From contig JAMJQQ010000036.1 in the NCBI GenBank assembly GCA_023554445.1, positions 24,778-88,777 of the forward strand: 64,000 nt of DNA, read 5' to 3'. Made by a program: the position numbers and the translations under genes. Position 1 is the stretch's first letter, and every line of letters starts with the position of its first letter. The notes beneath the pieces are model-generated. The model was given only the letters and a program-made list of their open reading frames with translations, did not search any database and was not told the origin of the DNA. Positions 1 to 9,232 of the stretch are shown piece by piece. The stretch is from Candidatus Carthagonibacter metallireducens (GTDB taxonomy: Bacteria; Gemmatimonadota; Gemmatimonadetes; Palauibacterales; Palauibacteraceae).

Positions 1-163
1 GCCGCTGCACTTCCTGACGGCAGGCGATCTGCCCGGTCCTCCACCTTCGACCCTGCTGTCGCTGAGGGCGGAGGTGCCGAGGATCCTCAGGGAAGGAGCG
101 ATCCGACGCGAGCAGATCGAGCGCTCGATAGGCACTCCGGTCCTGCCCGAGAGTTCGCCGTGA
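1..163 (+). CDS. 3' end of a gene running in from upstream; the C-terminal 53 aa resemble the end of the YrdC/Sua5 domain of threonylcarbamoyl-AMP synthase
   Basis: Frame 2 is open from position 2 to a TGA at 161-163 and reads ...PSTLLSLRAEVPRILREGAIRREQIERSIG, which matches the C-terminal pattern of YrdC/Sua5 proteins. It overlaps the next start in GTGA (start 160-162, stop 161-163). Sua5 followed by an LMW-PTP is a conserved pairing. Confidence 0.4.
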   Translation, partial: PLHFLTAGDLPGPPPSTLLSLRAEVPRILREGAIRREQIERSIGTPVLPESSP

Positions 164-636
164 GACCCCTGCGTCTGCTCTTCGTCTGCACGGGGAACAC
201 CTGTCGCAGTCCGATGGCCGAGCTGCTGGCGCAGCTTCGACTGGAGGTGATGGGACTCGACGGTATCGAGGTCAGCTCGGCAGGTACGTCGGCCGTCGAT
301 GGAGCGCCCGCGTCGGTTCCTGCCCGAGCGGTGGCACGTGCGCGGGGAGTGAGTCTCGAGTCCCACCGTTCCAGGCGGCTTACTACCGAGCGAATCGGGG
401 ACGTCGATCTGGTGGTCGCGATGACCGACCGTCATGCACGGGAGGTGTCGCGCCTCGACCCGCAGGCGGTTGTAGTTCTCGCGACTTCGGTTCTCCCGGA
501 TTCGCATCCGGCCCGCGGCTCGGATCTCCCCGATCCATTCGGCGGGAGCCTGGATGAATACGAAGAGACCTGGACGGCGATAGACGCGTGCGTGCAGGCG
601 CTGTTGGACCGGATCGCCACAGAGCGAGGGGACTGA
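160..636 (+). CDS. low-molecular-weight protein tyrosine phosphatase / arsenate reductase family
   Basis: GTG start. The P-loop LFVCTGNTCRSPMAE is the CX5R(S) signature, and a DP motif lies near the C-terminus. Length is 158 aa. Confidence 0.85.
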   Translation: MRPLRLLFVCTGNTCRSPMAELLAQLRLEVMGLDGIEVSSAGTSAVDGAPASVPARAVARARGVSLESHRSRRLTTERIGDVDLVVAMTDRHAREVSRLDPQAVVVLATSVLPDSHPARGSDLPDPFGGSLDEYEETWTAIDACVQALLDRIATERGD

Positions 637-643
637 GTCCTTT

Positions 644-1519
644 GTGCCCTGCGAGAGCGGAGATCGGGTGAGCGCCCTGTCTGGTGAGCGGAAACGGCGA
701 TTCGGGCTGATCGGCGATCCCGTGCAGCACTCGCTCTCTCCCGCCATGCACCAGGCCGCCTTCCGGGAGTTAGGTGTGGAGGCGTCCTACGAGCTGGTCC
801 GGGTTCCAGCCAGAACCCCGGACGCCGTCGAGTCGGCGATGTTCGAGCTCGCAGCCGGCGGAGGGGGAAACGTCACACTGCCGCACAAACGGCGGGCGGC
901 GGAAATCCTCGAGGTCGCGACCGAAGTCGTCGGGCGAACCGGGGCCTGCAACTGCTTCTGGCTGGACACAGCCGGTCGGCTGGCGGGTGACAACACGGAC
1001 GTGGGAGGAATCAGAGCGGTCCTCGAGTCGCTGGACGGATTCGACCCGGTCGGATCTCACGTGCTGGTGGTCGGCGCGGGCGGGGCGGGCACGGCGGCCG
1101 TGGTGGCCGCACTCGACGGCGGTGCTTCACGTGTGCACGTGCGAAATCGAACCGGCGAGAGGGTCTCGCGGCTGATCTCGTCTCTAGGTGACCCGAGGCT
1201 CGGTGAAGCAGACGGTGAAACGGGTGTCGAGGACTGGGATCTCGTGATTCAGGCGACCAGTCTCGGGCTTTTCGAGGAAGATTCGTTGCCCGTTCCGCTC
1301 CGGGAGATGGCGCCGGCGCATGCGCTGGATCTCGTCTACCGCCCGGGCGGCACGGCCTGGTGTCGGCACGCTCGCGCCTCAGGCTGGACGGCGGAAGACG
1401 GATTGAGGGTGCTGCTCGAACAGGGGGTCCTGTCCCTGGAACGCTGGCTTGGTTTCCCGATCGCACCTCCCGTGCGGGTCGCCATGGAGAGGGCGCTGGT
1501 CCGGGCCGCCGCCCGGTGA
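644..1519 (+). CDS. aroE: shikimate dehydrogenase
   Basis: RRFGLIGDPVQHSLSPAMHQAAF at the N-terminus and a VVGAGGAGTAAV Rossmann motif. GTG start at 644 (alternative GTG at 668). Confidence 0.85.
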   Translation: MPCESGDRVSALSGERKRRFGLIGDPVQHSLSPAMHQAAFRELGVEASYELVRVPARTPDAVESAMFELAAGGGGNVTLPHKRRAAEILEVATEVVGRTGACNCFWLDTAGRLAGDNTDVGGIRAVLESLDGFDPVGSHVLVVGAGGAGTAAVVAALDGGASRVHVRNRTGERVSRLISSLGDPRLGEADGETGVEDWDLVIQATSLGLFEEDSLPVPLREMAPAHALDLVYRPGGTAWCRHARASGWTAEDGLRVLLEQGVLSLERWLGFPIAPPVRVAMERALVRAAAR

Positions 1520-2316
1520 CCAGCGCCTGCCGGAATCATGCTGGTAGCGAGATTCGCTCCTTCGCAGGACTCATCGCCCGGACCGGGATTCGCCTTGCCG
1601 GTCAGGCCTTCGATGCGCTGCTGCCGCAGATCTGCGTCTCGTGTTCCGCCGCGGTGGATGCCGGGCGTGCGCCACTCTGCGGCGCATGCGAAACGCGGCT
1701 CCGCGAGATTCCAGCGCCCCTGTGTCCCCGCTGCGGCTTCACGGCGTTCAGCGATCTGTCAGCGCCGGGCGGCTGCGCAGAATGCGACGAGTGGCCCGAG
1801 GTGCTCAGGCGGACGGAATCGGCATTCCTGCTCTCTCGACCGGCGACTCAGGTCATTCACGGCCTGAAGTACGAGGGGTGGACGTCGCTGGGGTCTCGCA
1901 TGGGCGCCCTGATGGCACCGGCCGCCCGTCGAGTGTGCCGCGGTCCGGCCCTCCTCGTGCCAGTGCCACTGACTCCGGCGCGCCTGCGAGAACGGGGATT
2001 CAACCAGGCTCATCTCCTGGCGGATGGACTGGGGCTGGAACTCGGCTGGCCTGTACGGTCCCTCCTCGCCAGGACCCGAACGGGACGCAGGCAGGCGCGT
2101 TCGGGTCGCAGGACGCGCGCAGGTAATGTGGCCGGAGCCTTTCAAGTTGCCCCCGGCTGCGTCGATTCTGCTGACGGGTCAGTGGTTCTGGTGGATGACG
2201 TCATCACGACGGGAGCTACGCTCGCCGAGTGCTGCCGGGCACTCGGCGACGCGGGGGTTCCTTGCGCGGGAGCGGTGAGCTTCGCTCGCACGCCGCCGCG
2301 AAGCCCGGCCGCCTGA
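1516..2316 (+). CDS. comF: ComF-family phosphoribosyltransferase (competence protein F-like)
   Basis: N-terminal Cys cluster CVSCS...CGAC...CPRCG plus a C-terminal PRTase motif [14 protein letters not shown]. The track ORF begins at 1360 inside aroE. The most plausible start is the GTG at 1516, which overlaps the aroE TGA (GTGA). Confidence 0.7.
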   Translation: MTSACRNHAGSEIRSFAGLIARTGIRLAGQAFDALLPQICVSCSAAVDAGRAPLCGACETRLREIPAPLCPRCGFTAFSDLSAPGGCAECDEWPEVLRRTESAFLLSRPATQVIHGLKYEGWTSLGSRMGALMAPAARRVCRGPALLVPVPLTPARLRERGFNQAHLLADGLGLELGWPVRSLLARTRTGRRQARSGRRTRAGNVAGAFQVAPGCVDSADGSVVLVDDVITTGATLAECCRALGDAGVPCAGAVSFARTPPRSPAA

Positions 2317-2425
2317 CTCTGCGGGGTCTTGTCCGCGGCCGGTTTCCCTTGCAAGCTTCGTAATCTCCGGGGCACGCGGGCCCCGCTCGTACCCGTCCAT
2401 TCCCTCAGCATCGAGGAGCAGTGAT

Positions 2426-3436
2426 ATGTCGGTGAAGATCGCGATAAACGGATTCGGCCGCATCGGCCGCAACATTCTTCGTTCCGCGCTACAGGAGGGG
2501 CTCGGTGACCTCGATGTTGTCGCAATCAACGACCTCACCGATGCCACGACCCTCGCGCACCTGTTCAGCTACGACTCGGTACACGGTCGTTTTGACGGCA
2601 CGGTCGAGGTCGACGGGAATGATCTCGTGATCGATGGGGAGCGCTTCACGGTCCTCTCGGAAAGGGACCCGTCGAGGCTGCCCTGGTCCGATCTGGACGT
2701 CGACATCGTGTTCGAGGCGACCGGTCTCTTCCGGAAGCGTCCGGACGCGCAGAAGCACCTGGACGCGGGGGCGAAGAAGGTCGTGGTCACCGCCCCGGCG
2801 GTGGATCCCGACATCACCATGGTGTTAGGCGTCAATGACAGGGATTACGATCCGTCGACGCACAACATCATCTCGAATGCGTCCTGCACCACGAATTGCG
2901 TGGCACCCGTGGTCAAGGTTCTGCTCGACGCATTCGGGTTCAAGAACGGGCTGATGACCACCGTGCACAGCTACACCAACGATCAGAGCATTCTGGATCT
3001 CCCGCACAAGGACCTTCGCAGGGCACGGGCTGCGGCGGTCTCGATCATTCCCACGACGACGGGCGCGGCCAAGGCCACGGGGCTGGTGCTGCCGGCCGTG
3101 AAGGGAAAGATCGACGGCATGGCGATGCGGGTGCCGACGCCGAACGTCTCGATCGTGGATCTCGTCGCCAACGTCGAGAAGGAAACGAACGTGGAGGAAG
3201 TGAACGCCGCCATGCGCTCCGCTTCCGAGGGTGCGTTGGCTGGAATCCTGGGGTACGAAGAGACGCCTCTCGTGTCCGTCGACTACATTGGTGATCCGCG
3301 CAGCTCGATCGTCGATGGCCTCTTCACCTCCGTGGTGGATGGGAATCTCGTGAAGGTGGTTTCCTGGTACGACAACGAGTGGGGATACTCCAGCCGATGC
3401 GTGGATCTCGCGCGCCGGATCGGCGAGCACCTTTGA
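2426..3436 (+). CDS. gap: glyceraldehyde-3-phosphate dehydrogenase
   Basis: [13 protein letters not shown]-binding motif and the active-site ASCTTNC. ATG preceded by a GAGGAG RBS. Confidence 0.95.
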   Translation: MSVKIAINGFGRIGRNILRSALQEGLGDLDVVAINDLTDATTLAHLFSYDSVHGRFDGTVEVDGNDLVIDGERFTVLSERDPSRLPWSDLDVDIVFEATGLFRKRPDAQKHLDAGAKKVVVTAPAVDPDITMVLGVNDRDYDPSTHNIISNASCTTNCVAPVVKVLLDAFGFKNGLMTTVHSYTNDQSILDLPHKDLRRARAAAVSIIPTTTGAAKATGLVLPAVKGKIDGMAMRVPTPNVSIVDLVANVEKETNVEEVNAAMRSASEGALAGILGYEETPLVSVDYIGDPRSSIVDGLFTSVVDGNLVKVVSWYDNEWGYSSRCVDLARRIGEHL

Positions 3437-3449
3437 TCCGGGAGTAGGT

Positions 3450-4655
3450 ATGCGAGCCAGAACGATTCGGGATCTCGACCCGGCCGATCTCGACGGACGC
3501 CGGGCCCTCGTCCGCGTGGACTTCAACGTGCCCATGGACGAGGACGGCACGGTTCGGGATTCCAACCGTATCGAGGCCAGCGTCCCGACCCTGAAGTACC
3601 TTCTGGAGCACGGGGCGCGGCCCGTCCTGCTGTCTCACCTGGGCAGGCCGAAGGGGAAGGTCGTACCGCGGTATTCACTCGCACCGGTGGCTCCGATTCT
3701 CTCCGATCTGCTGGGGACGCCCGTACATTTCCTCCCGGAAACCGATACGGACGCGGCCGTGTCGGCCACGGAGACACTGGAACCGGGAAGCGTGCTGCTG
3801 CTGGAGAACACCCGGTTCCTCCCCGGCGAGACGAAGAACGATCCCGACCTGTCTCGCCGTCTGGCCCGACTCGGCGACCTGTTCGTCAACGACGCATTCG
3901 GGAGCACGCACCGGGCCCACGCCTCTGTCGTGGGTGTGGCCGAGCTGCTCGATCCCGCCGTCGCGGGACTTCTCGTCGAGTCGGAGCTCGAGGCATTCGC
4001 CCAGCTGCGAAATCCGCGCAGCAGGCCTTTCGTGGTCGCGTTCGGTGGCGCCAAGATCTCGGACAAGATCCCGTTGATCGAGGCGTTTCTCGAGCGGGCC
4101 GACGCCGTGCTGGTCGGTGGTGCGATGGCGAATACCTTCCTCAAGGCGGAAGGCCACGACATGGGCGGCTCTCTGGTCGAGGAGGACGCGATCGAGGTGG
4201 CTGAGGAATTCCTCCGACGGCCCGAGCACCGGCTCAGTCTCCCGTCCGATCTGGTCGTAGCCGAGGCGAACGCGCCCGATGCGACCCTGTCGGAGATCGT
4301 GCGAGCGGACCGTGTGCCTTCCGACCGGGCGGCATTCGACATCGGGCCCCGGACCCGGGAGACGTTCGAGCACGCAATTCAGCAGAGCCGGACCTTCTTC
4401 TGGAACGGACCCATGGGACTGTTCGAGCGTCCCGGCTTCGATTCCGGAACGGTGGCGGTCGCGCGGGCTGCGGCGGAGGCGACGGCCGAGGGCGCGTTCA
4501 CGGTAGTGGGGGGAGGCGATTCCGCGAGTGCGATCCGTCAGGCGGGACTGGCAGGCGCGGTCTCGCACGTCTCGACCGGTGGTGGCGCAGCCCTCGAATA
4601 CCTCGCGCATGGAGCGCTGCCAGGACTCGAAGCGCTGGACAAGGCGGGAAAATGA
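3450..4655 (+). CDS. pgk: phosphoglycerate kinase
   Basis: 401 aa of typical PGK sequence (RVDFNVP, FGSTHRAH, GGGDS). A GGAG RBS precedes the ATG. Confidence 0.95.
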   Translation: MRARTIRDLDPADLDGRRALVRVDFNVPMDEDGTVRDSNRIEASVPTLKYLLEHGARPVLLSHLGRPKGKVVPRYSLAPVAPILSDLLGTPVHFLPETDTDAAVSATETLEPGSVLLLENTRFLPGETKNDPDLSRRLARLGDLFVNDAFGSTHRAHASVVGVAELLDPAVAGLLVESELEAFAQLRNPRSRPFVVAFGGAKISDKIPLIEAFLERADAVLVGGAMANTFLKAEGHDMGGSLVEEDAIEVAEEFLRRPEHRLSLPSDLVVAEANAPDATLSEIVRADRVPSDRAAFDIGPRTRETFEHAIQQSRTFFWNGPMGLFERPGFDSGTVAVARAAAEATAEGAFTVVGGGDSASAIRQAGLAGAVSHVSTGGGAALEYLAHGALPGLEALDKAGK

Positions 4656-5419
4656 CCGGTCAAGAATCGCCGCTGTTCGCAGCGAACTGGAAGATGTTCA
4701 AGGGGCCTCGGGCGACCGAGGCGTTCGTCGAGTCCTTCGTGTCGCGATATCGGCCCCGCGAGGATCGACGTATCGCGTTTTTTCCTCCATCGATCAGTCT
4801 CGAAGCGTTCGTCCGCGCCTCCGCTGACCGTCCCGACCTCGAGGTCGGGATCCAGGACGTTCACCAGGAGGTGGAGGGAGCTCACACCGGGGCCGTTTCC
4901 GCATCGATGGCTGTGGAAGCCGGGGCGAAGTGGGCGCTCGCGGGTCACTCCGAGCGCCGGCGGGAATTCGGCGACGACGACGCGATCGTCGCGGTGAAGA
5001 CGGCTCGTGCTCTCGAGGCAGGGCTGATACCGATCGTCTGCATAGGCGAGACCCTGGAGGAGCGCGAAGCCGGTCTGCTGCAGCCGGTGCTGGAGCGGCA
5101 GGTTCGAGAAGTGCTTGCGGCAGTTCCGGCTCCCGGACTGACCTGGGCCTACGAACCGGTCTGGGCGATCGGCACCGGGCTTACCGCATCGCCCGCGGAT
5201 GCCGAGGAAGCGCACGGCATCGTGCGCTCGGCGATCGGCGCGGCTGCCGGCCCGGTTTTCGCCGATGCCGCGGTGGTTCTGTACGGCGGCAGTGTGAAGC
5301 CGGGCAACATCGGGGAGCTGATGGCGGCCTCCGGAGTCAACGGGGTGCTGGTGGGAGGCGCGAGCCTCGACCCGGAGTCCTTCGCGGCGATCTGCGGGGT
5401 TGCGCTGCCGGCAGGCTGA
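4652..5419 (+). CDS. tpiA: triosephosphate isomerase
   Basis: AANWKMF, AYEPVWAIGTG and GGASL motifs. ATGA overlap with the pgk stop. Confidence 0.95.
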   Translation: MTGQESPLFAANWKMFKGPRATEAFVESFVSRYRPREDRRIAFFPPSISLEAFVRASADRPDLEVGIQDVHQEVEGAHTGAVSASMAVEAGAKWALAGHSERRREFGDDDAIVAVKTARALEAGLIPIVCIGETLEEREAGLLQPVLERQVREVLAAVPAPGLTWAYEPVWAIGTGLTASPADAEEAHGIVRSAIGAAAGPVFADAAVVLYGGSVKPGNIGELMAASGVNGVLVGGASLDPESFAAICGVALPAG

Positions 5420-5467
5420 CCGGGCCGGGTTCGTTGACGTTGTGGTGATTGCGCGCTACGTTGCGGA

Positions 5468-5505
5468 TCTCTGCGGGTCCGATGGCCCGCAGAGTCTTTT
5501 TTGTG
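5468..5505 (+). terminator. Rho-independent terminator-like hairpin: a 9-bp stem (CTCTGCGGG/CCCGCAGAG) with an 8-nt loop, followed by TCTTTTTTGTG
   Basis: Read directly from the sequence: stem 5469-5477 pairs with 5486-5494, then the T-tract 5495-5502. It lies between the tpiA stop (5419) and the secG ATG (5525). Confidence 0.55.
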
Positions 5506-5524
5506 CAACGGAGATTGGGGACGG

Positions 5525-5947
5525 ATGTTTACGCTACTCGTAATACTGATCAGCCTCGTGGCTGTCTTTCTCATCGGGATCATCCTGCTGCAATCGGGGA
5601 AGGGGGGAGGACTGGCGGCCGAATTCGGCGGCGCGTCCTCGTCCACCGATTCGATCATGGGAGGGCGGCAGGCTGCCACCGTATTGACACGTGCCACGTG
5701 GATCGGCGGAGCGGTGTTCCTCGCGCTCTCGCTGCTTCTCGCGATCCTCTCGACCCGTACTTCGGGCCCGACAGAGTCGATCCTGCGATCTGAGTTCCAG
5801 ACCCCGGGTGCGGCCCCGACCTCGGTACTCGAATCCGAGGGCGAGGCGCCTCCGTCGATTCTCCAGGATGGCGGCGAAGCGGGTGCGGCGGATCAGCCCT
5901 CCCCGGATCCCGGAGCCGCGGCCGAGGAGACCGACGGAGGGAACTGA
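5525..5947 (+). CDS. secG: preprotein translocase subunit SecG, with an acidic low-complexity C-terminal tail
   Basis: MFTLLVILISLVAVFLIGIILLQSGKGGGL is the SecG signature. The track ORF starts at a TTG at 5501 that lies inside the upstream hairpin. The in-frame ATG at 5525 with a GGAG/GGGGA RBS is preferred. Confidence 0.85.
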   Translation: MFTLLVILISLVAVFLIGIILLQSGKGGGLAAEFGGASSSTDSIMGGRQAATVLTRATWIGGAVFLALSLLLAILSTRTSGPTESILRSEFQTPGAAPTSVLESEGEAPPSILQDGGEAGAADQPSPDPGAAAEETDGGN

Positions 5948-5994
5948 TACCGGCAGTCTTGCCCGGCGGGTCACCGGCGGACCCTGACGTAGCG

Positions 5995-6020
5995 GCGGGC
6001 CACTCCAGCGAGTGGCCCGC
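5995..6020. terminator. 10-bp perfect inverted repeat (GCGGGCCACT/AGTGGCCCGC) with a 6-nt loop, between the convergent secG and rnhA
   Basis: Seen in sequence. It sits immediately 3' of the rnhA stop (6024-6026) and 48 nt 3' of the secG stop. Only a weak T-tract (ATTTCAT) follows on the + strand. Confidence 0.4.
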
Positions 6021-6023
6021 ATT

Positions 6024-6620
6024 TCATCCCGGTGGAAGCGGTACCGGACGGAAAGGCGCCTCGGGAGGCAGGTCCAGGAAGTCGAGGTATTTCCCCGCCT
6101 CCTGCTTCTCCATGATCCACGCCTCGAATTCCGACGGGACCACCCCCTCGATCGAGCGCCCGGCGCGAGCGGTCCGCACGGCCAGGTCGTTCGCGTACTC
6201 GTTCTTGGGGTGGTCGGCGTGCCCTCGCACCCAGCGCCACTCGACCCTGTGGCGGCGGGCGCGCCTCACCAGTCTTCGCCACGACTCGAGGTTCTCGATC
6301 GGGCCCCCCTTACGCTTCCACCCCTTCCGGGCCCAGCCGTGAACCCACTCCGACATCCCCTTCACCAGGTACTGGCTGTCCGAGGTGAATACGACATCGC
6401 AGGGCCGTTTCAGACTCTCGAGTCCCACGATCGCCGATTGGATCGCCATCCGGTTGTTGGTGGTATCGGGCTCGAATATCGCGTAGTCTCTGCGGTACCA
6501 GCCCAGACGTTCGTCAAACCGCTCGATCAGTCCTGCTGCGGCTCCCGGACGGGCACGATCCCGAAACTGGTTGCCCAGGCAGGACTCGTCTGCGTAGATA
6601 TACACCGTTTTCTCGGACAA
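6024..6620 (-). CDS. rnhA: ribonuclease HI, with a roughly 45-aa C-terminal extension
   Basis: VYIYADESCLGN, TNNRMAI, SDSQYLV and HADHPKNEYANDLA match the RNase H catalytic motifs. At 198 aa it is longer than the typical 155 aa. Confidence 0.85.
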   Translation of the reverse strand: MSEKTVYIYADESCLGNQFRDRARPGAAAGLIERFDERLGWYRRDYAIFEPDTTNNRMAIQSAIVGLESLKRPCDVVFTSDSQYLVKGMSEWVHGWARKGWKRKGGPIENLESWRRLVRRARRHRVEWRWVRGHADHPKNEYANDLAVRTARAGRSIEGVVPSEFEAWIMEKQEAGKYLDFLDLPPEAPFRPVPLPPG

Positions 6621-6676
6621 TGTGCGCCCCGTGGGGTGGTGCCGATTCCAGGATCGAGCCTGAAGGGACGAAGCCC

Positions 6677-7807
6677 GTGCCGCTGACGCAAGCCCAGGAT
6701 GGAGCGCTGTTGCTGGAGGATGGTCGACGGTTCCCCGGAAGACTGGTCGGAGGCAGCGACCCGGGCGTCGGAGAGGTCGCGTTTACGACGAATCTCACGG
6801 GATACCAGGAGGTTCTGACCGATCCCTCGTTCGCCGGGCAGATCGTCGTGATGACAGCTCCGATGATCGGTAACTACGGGGTAACCGAACAGGATGCGCA
6901 GTCGCGCCGTCCGTGGGTAGCAGGCTTCGTGGTTCGCGAGCTCGCCGCGGCCGGCCGGTCCTGGCGGGCCGATGAATCGCTCCTGGATTATCTCGTACGT
7001 CACCGTATTCCCGCGCTGGTGGAGGTCGACACCCGGGCCGTGACCCGGCACGTGCGCGAACTGGGAGCCATGCGCGCCCTGATCATGCCGGGCGCCTGGA
7101 ATGACGAGAGGGGTCTAGAGGTCCTTCGGGCGGAGCCTCTGATGGAGGGCAGGGACCTGGCGACGGGTGTTTCGACACCCGAGCCCTACGAGATCGCCCC
7201 GCAGGGGGCGGAGCGCGGTACAGTCGTCTGTCTCGATTACGGCGTGAAGCGCAAGAGCCTGGAGTTGATCGCCGAATCCGGTTTCAGGGTCCGGGTCGAG
7301 CCGGCCTCGGTGTCTGTCGAGAGCATTCTCGCTGAGCGGCCGGCCGGCGTCTTCGTATCGAACGGGCCTGGTGATCCGGAGGCGATTCCGGGTGCGGCCG
7401 AGAAGATCCGGTCGCTGATCGACGCGGGTCTGCCGGTATTCGGTATCTGTCTGGGTTGCCAGCTGCTCGCGCGGGCGCTCGGAGGAAGAACCTGGAAGTT
7501 GCCCTACGGTCACAGGGGCGGGAATCACCCCGTCCGGAATCTCGATACGGGCGCTGTCGAGATCACCTCCCAGAACCACGGCTTCGCGATCGAAGGGGAT
7601 GGCGATGGCGTGGCGGGCGCACCCGGGTTGCGCGTCACCCACCGGAACCTCAACGACGGAACGATCGAAGGCGTTGCGCACGTTGATTTTCCGGTGTTTG
7701 CAGTACAATACCACCCCGAAGCGGCGCCCGGTCCTCACGACAGCCGCTACCTGTTCGACCGGTTCGTAGAAGCGATTAGCGCAAGTACCGATTCCGCAAC
7801 TGGTTGA
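6677..7807 (+). CDS. carA: carbamoyl-phosphate synthase small (glutaminase) subunit
   Basis: GNYGV and the class-I amidotransferase triad region GICLGCQLL...HGF...QYHPE. The track start at 6620 overlaps the rnhA start. The in-frame GTG at 6677, preceded by GAAGGGA, fits the usual CarA N-terminus (LLLEDG). Confidence 0.9.
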   Translation: MPLTQAQDGALLLEDGRRFPGRLVGGSDPGVGEVAFTTNLTGYQEVLTDPSFAGQIVVMTAPMIGNYGVTEQDAQSRRPWVAGFVVRELAAAGRSWRADESLLDYLVRHRIPALVEVDTRAVTRHVRELGAMRALIMPGAWNDERGLEVLRAEPLMEGRDLATGVSTPEPYEIAPQGAERGTVVCLDYGVKRKSLELIAESGFRVRVEPASVSVESILAERPAGVFVSNGPGDPEAIPGAAEKIRSLIDAGLPVFGICLGCQLLARALGGRTWKLPYGHRGGNHPVRNLDTGAVEITSQNHGFAIEGDGDGVAGAPGLRVTHRNLNDGTIEGVAHVDFPVFAVQYHPEAAPGPHDSRYLFDRFVEAISASTDSATG

Positions 7808-7915
7808 CAGGACTCGAAGCCCGCAGCTACGTTTCGCCGTCGGCGGAGGCCGTGGCGGGCTCTTCCGGACCCCGACAGGCTCCGTGCCTTCCCGATCGTC
7901 TGGGGGCGTAGCTGC

Positions 7916-8815
7916 TTGCAGTCTAGAAACGGTGCACTCGGTATCTTTCTCATCCTGCTGCTGTTCGCATCGGGAGCGATCCTCTCCGCGCGACTGCTGT
8001 TCGGGGACCGTGTACCTGGTCTGACCCACGACAGGGTGGCGGTGCTTCCGATCACGGGGATCATCGAATCGGAGCGACAGTTCGTCAAAGACCTCGATTC
8101 GTTTCGGGAAGATCCGTCGGTTAAGGCCTTCGTGGTGGAAATTCGGTCGCCGGGCGGAGGGGTCGGTGCGTCGCAGGCCATCCACGGAGAGCTGGAGCGT
8201 CTGCGGCGCGAGGACGAGCGGCCGGTGATCGCATGGATCGGTGACGTCGGAGCCTCCGGCGGCTACTACGTCGCGCTCCCGGCGGACTCGATCTTCGCTC
8301 TTCCCGGCTCGATCACCGGCTCGATCGGCGTGATCATGCAGTTTCCGAATGCCGAAGAGTTGTTCCGTAAGGTCGGGGTGGAGCTGGAAGTCGTGAAGAG
8401 CGGACGTCTCAAGGACATTGGCTCGCCGGTCCGGGAGTTGACCGAGCAGGAACGCATGGTTCTGCAGGAGCTGGTAGACGACGTATGGAACCAGTTCGTC
8501 GAAGCCGTCATGCAGGGGCGCGACCTGGATCGCCCGCGTGTCGAAGATCTCGCCGACGGGAGAATATTCTCCGGGGAGCGTGCGCTCGACATGGGACTGA
8601 TCGACAGACTCGGGACGCTGCAGGACGCGCTCGATACGGCGGGCGAGATGGCAGGCCTCGGTCCGCATCCCCGCACCATACGTCCCACGCGCCAGCGAAT
8701 CGGATTGCTGGATCTGTTGCTGGGGGGAATCGAGGAGTCCCGGCTTGCCAGCTGGATCGGGCCGGTAAGCGCCGGGACGGCGAGCACGCCCCGGCTGAGA
8801 TACGAATGGCCATGA
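7916..8815 (+). CDS. sppA: signal peptide peptidase SppA (36K type, ClpP/crotonase fold)
   Basis: N-terminal TM helix, then IAWIGDVGASGGYYVALPADSIFALPGSITGSIGV. TTG start at 7916 with GGGGG 9 nt upstream. Confidence 0.8.
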   Translation: MQSRNGALGIFLILLLFASGAILSARLLFGDRVPGLTHDRVAVLPITGIIESERQFVKDLDSFREDPSVKAFVVEIRSPGGGVGASQAIHGELERLRREDERPVIAWIGDVGASGGYYVALPADSIFALPGSITGSIGVIMQFPNAEELFRKVGVELEVVKSGRLKDIGSPVRELTEQERMVLQELVDDVWNQFVEAVMQGRDLDRPRVEDLADGRIFSGERALDMGLIDRLGTLQDALDTAGEMAGLGPHPRTIRPTRQRIGLLDLLLGGIEESRLASWIGPVSAGTASTPRLRYEWP

Positions 8816-8865
8816 CGCACGAGCGCTCCAATGCGTTCTGAACCCGCGGTGAGAGGAGATCTGCC

Positions 8866-9156
8866 ATGACGAAAGCGGACCTGGTCGAACAGGTATACGA
8901 AGCGATCGGACCTGGCGTGACGAAGAAGGACTGCGGTGCGGTCGTCGACGCCTTCCTCAACGCGGTGAAGCTCGCTCTCGCCAACGGAGAGCACATCGAG
9001 ATCCGGGGGTTCGGGACCTTCAAGGTGCGCGAGCGGCGGCCACGTATCGCTCGTAATCCGCGCACCGGCGAGACAGTAGAGGTGCCGTCGCGGGCCGTTC
9101 CGGTATTCAAGCCTTCACGGCTGTTCAAGGCGGAAGTCGACCAGCGAGTGTCGTGA
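8866..9156 (+). CDS. HU/IHF-family DNA-binding protein
   Basis: 96 aa. GFGTFKVRERRPRIARNPRTGETV is the HU/IHF arm motif. A GAGAGGAG RBS precedes the start. Confidence 0.85.
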   Translation: MTKADLVEQVYEAIGPGVTKKDCGAVVDAFLNAVKLALANGEHIEIRGFGTFKVRERRPRIARNPRTGETVEVPSRAVPVFKPSRLFKAEVDQRVS

Positions 9157-9171
9157 CGTCGTCGCAGCGCC

Positions 9172-9227
9172 GAAGCCGGACGATCGGCGGAGCTGCCCGA
9201 ACGCGGGCGCCCGGATCGTCCGGCTTC
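9172..9227. terminator. 14-bp perfect inverted repeat (GAAGCCGGACGATC...GATCGTCCGGCTTC) with a 28-nt loop, between the convergent hup-like gene and the aminotransferase
   Basis: Seen in sequence: 9172-9185 pairs with 9214-9227. No T-tract on either side, so this is a candidate bidirectional terminator or protein-binding site. Confidence 0.4.
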
Positions 9228-9232
9228 CTCAC

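Noticed and set aside
7823-7915. 9-bp inverted repeat (GCAGCTACG...CGTAGCTGC) enclosing the 75-nt carA-sppA spacer
   Set aside because: It is a single short stem with a very large loop. I see no supporting covariation or second stem. It is more likely coincidental in GC-rich DNA than a structured RNA, and it is kept only as a note.
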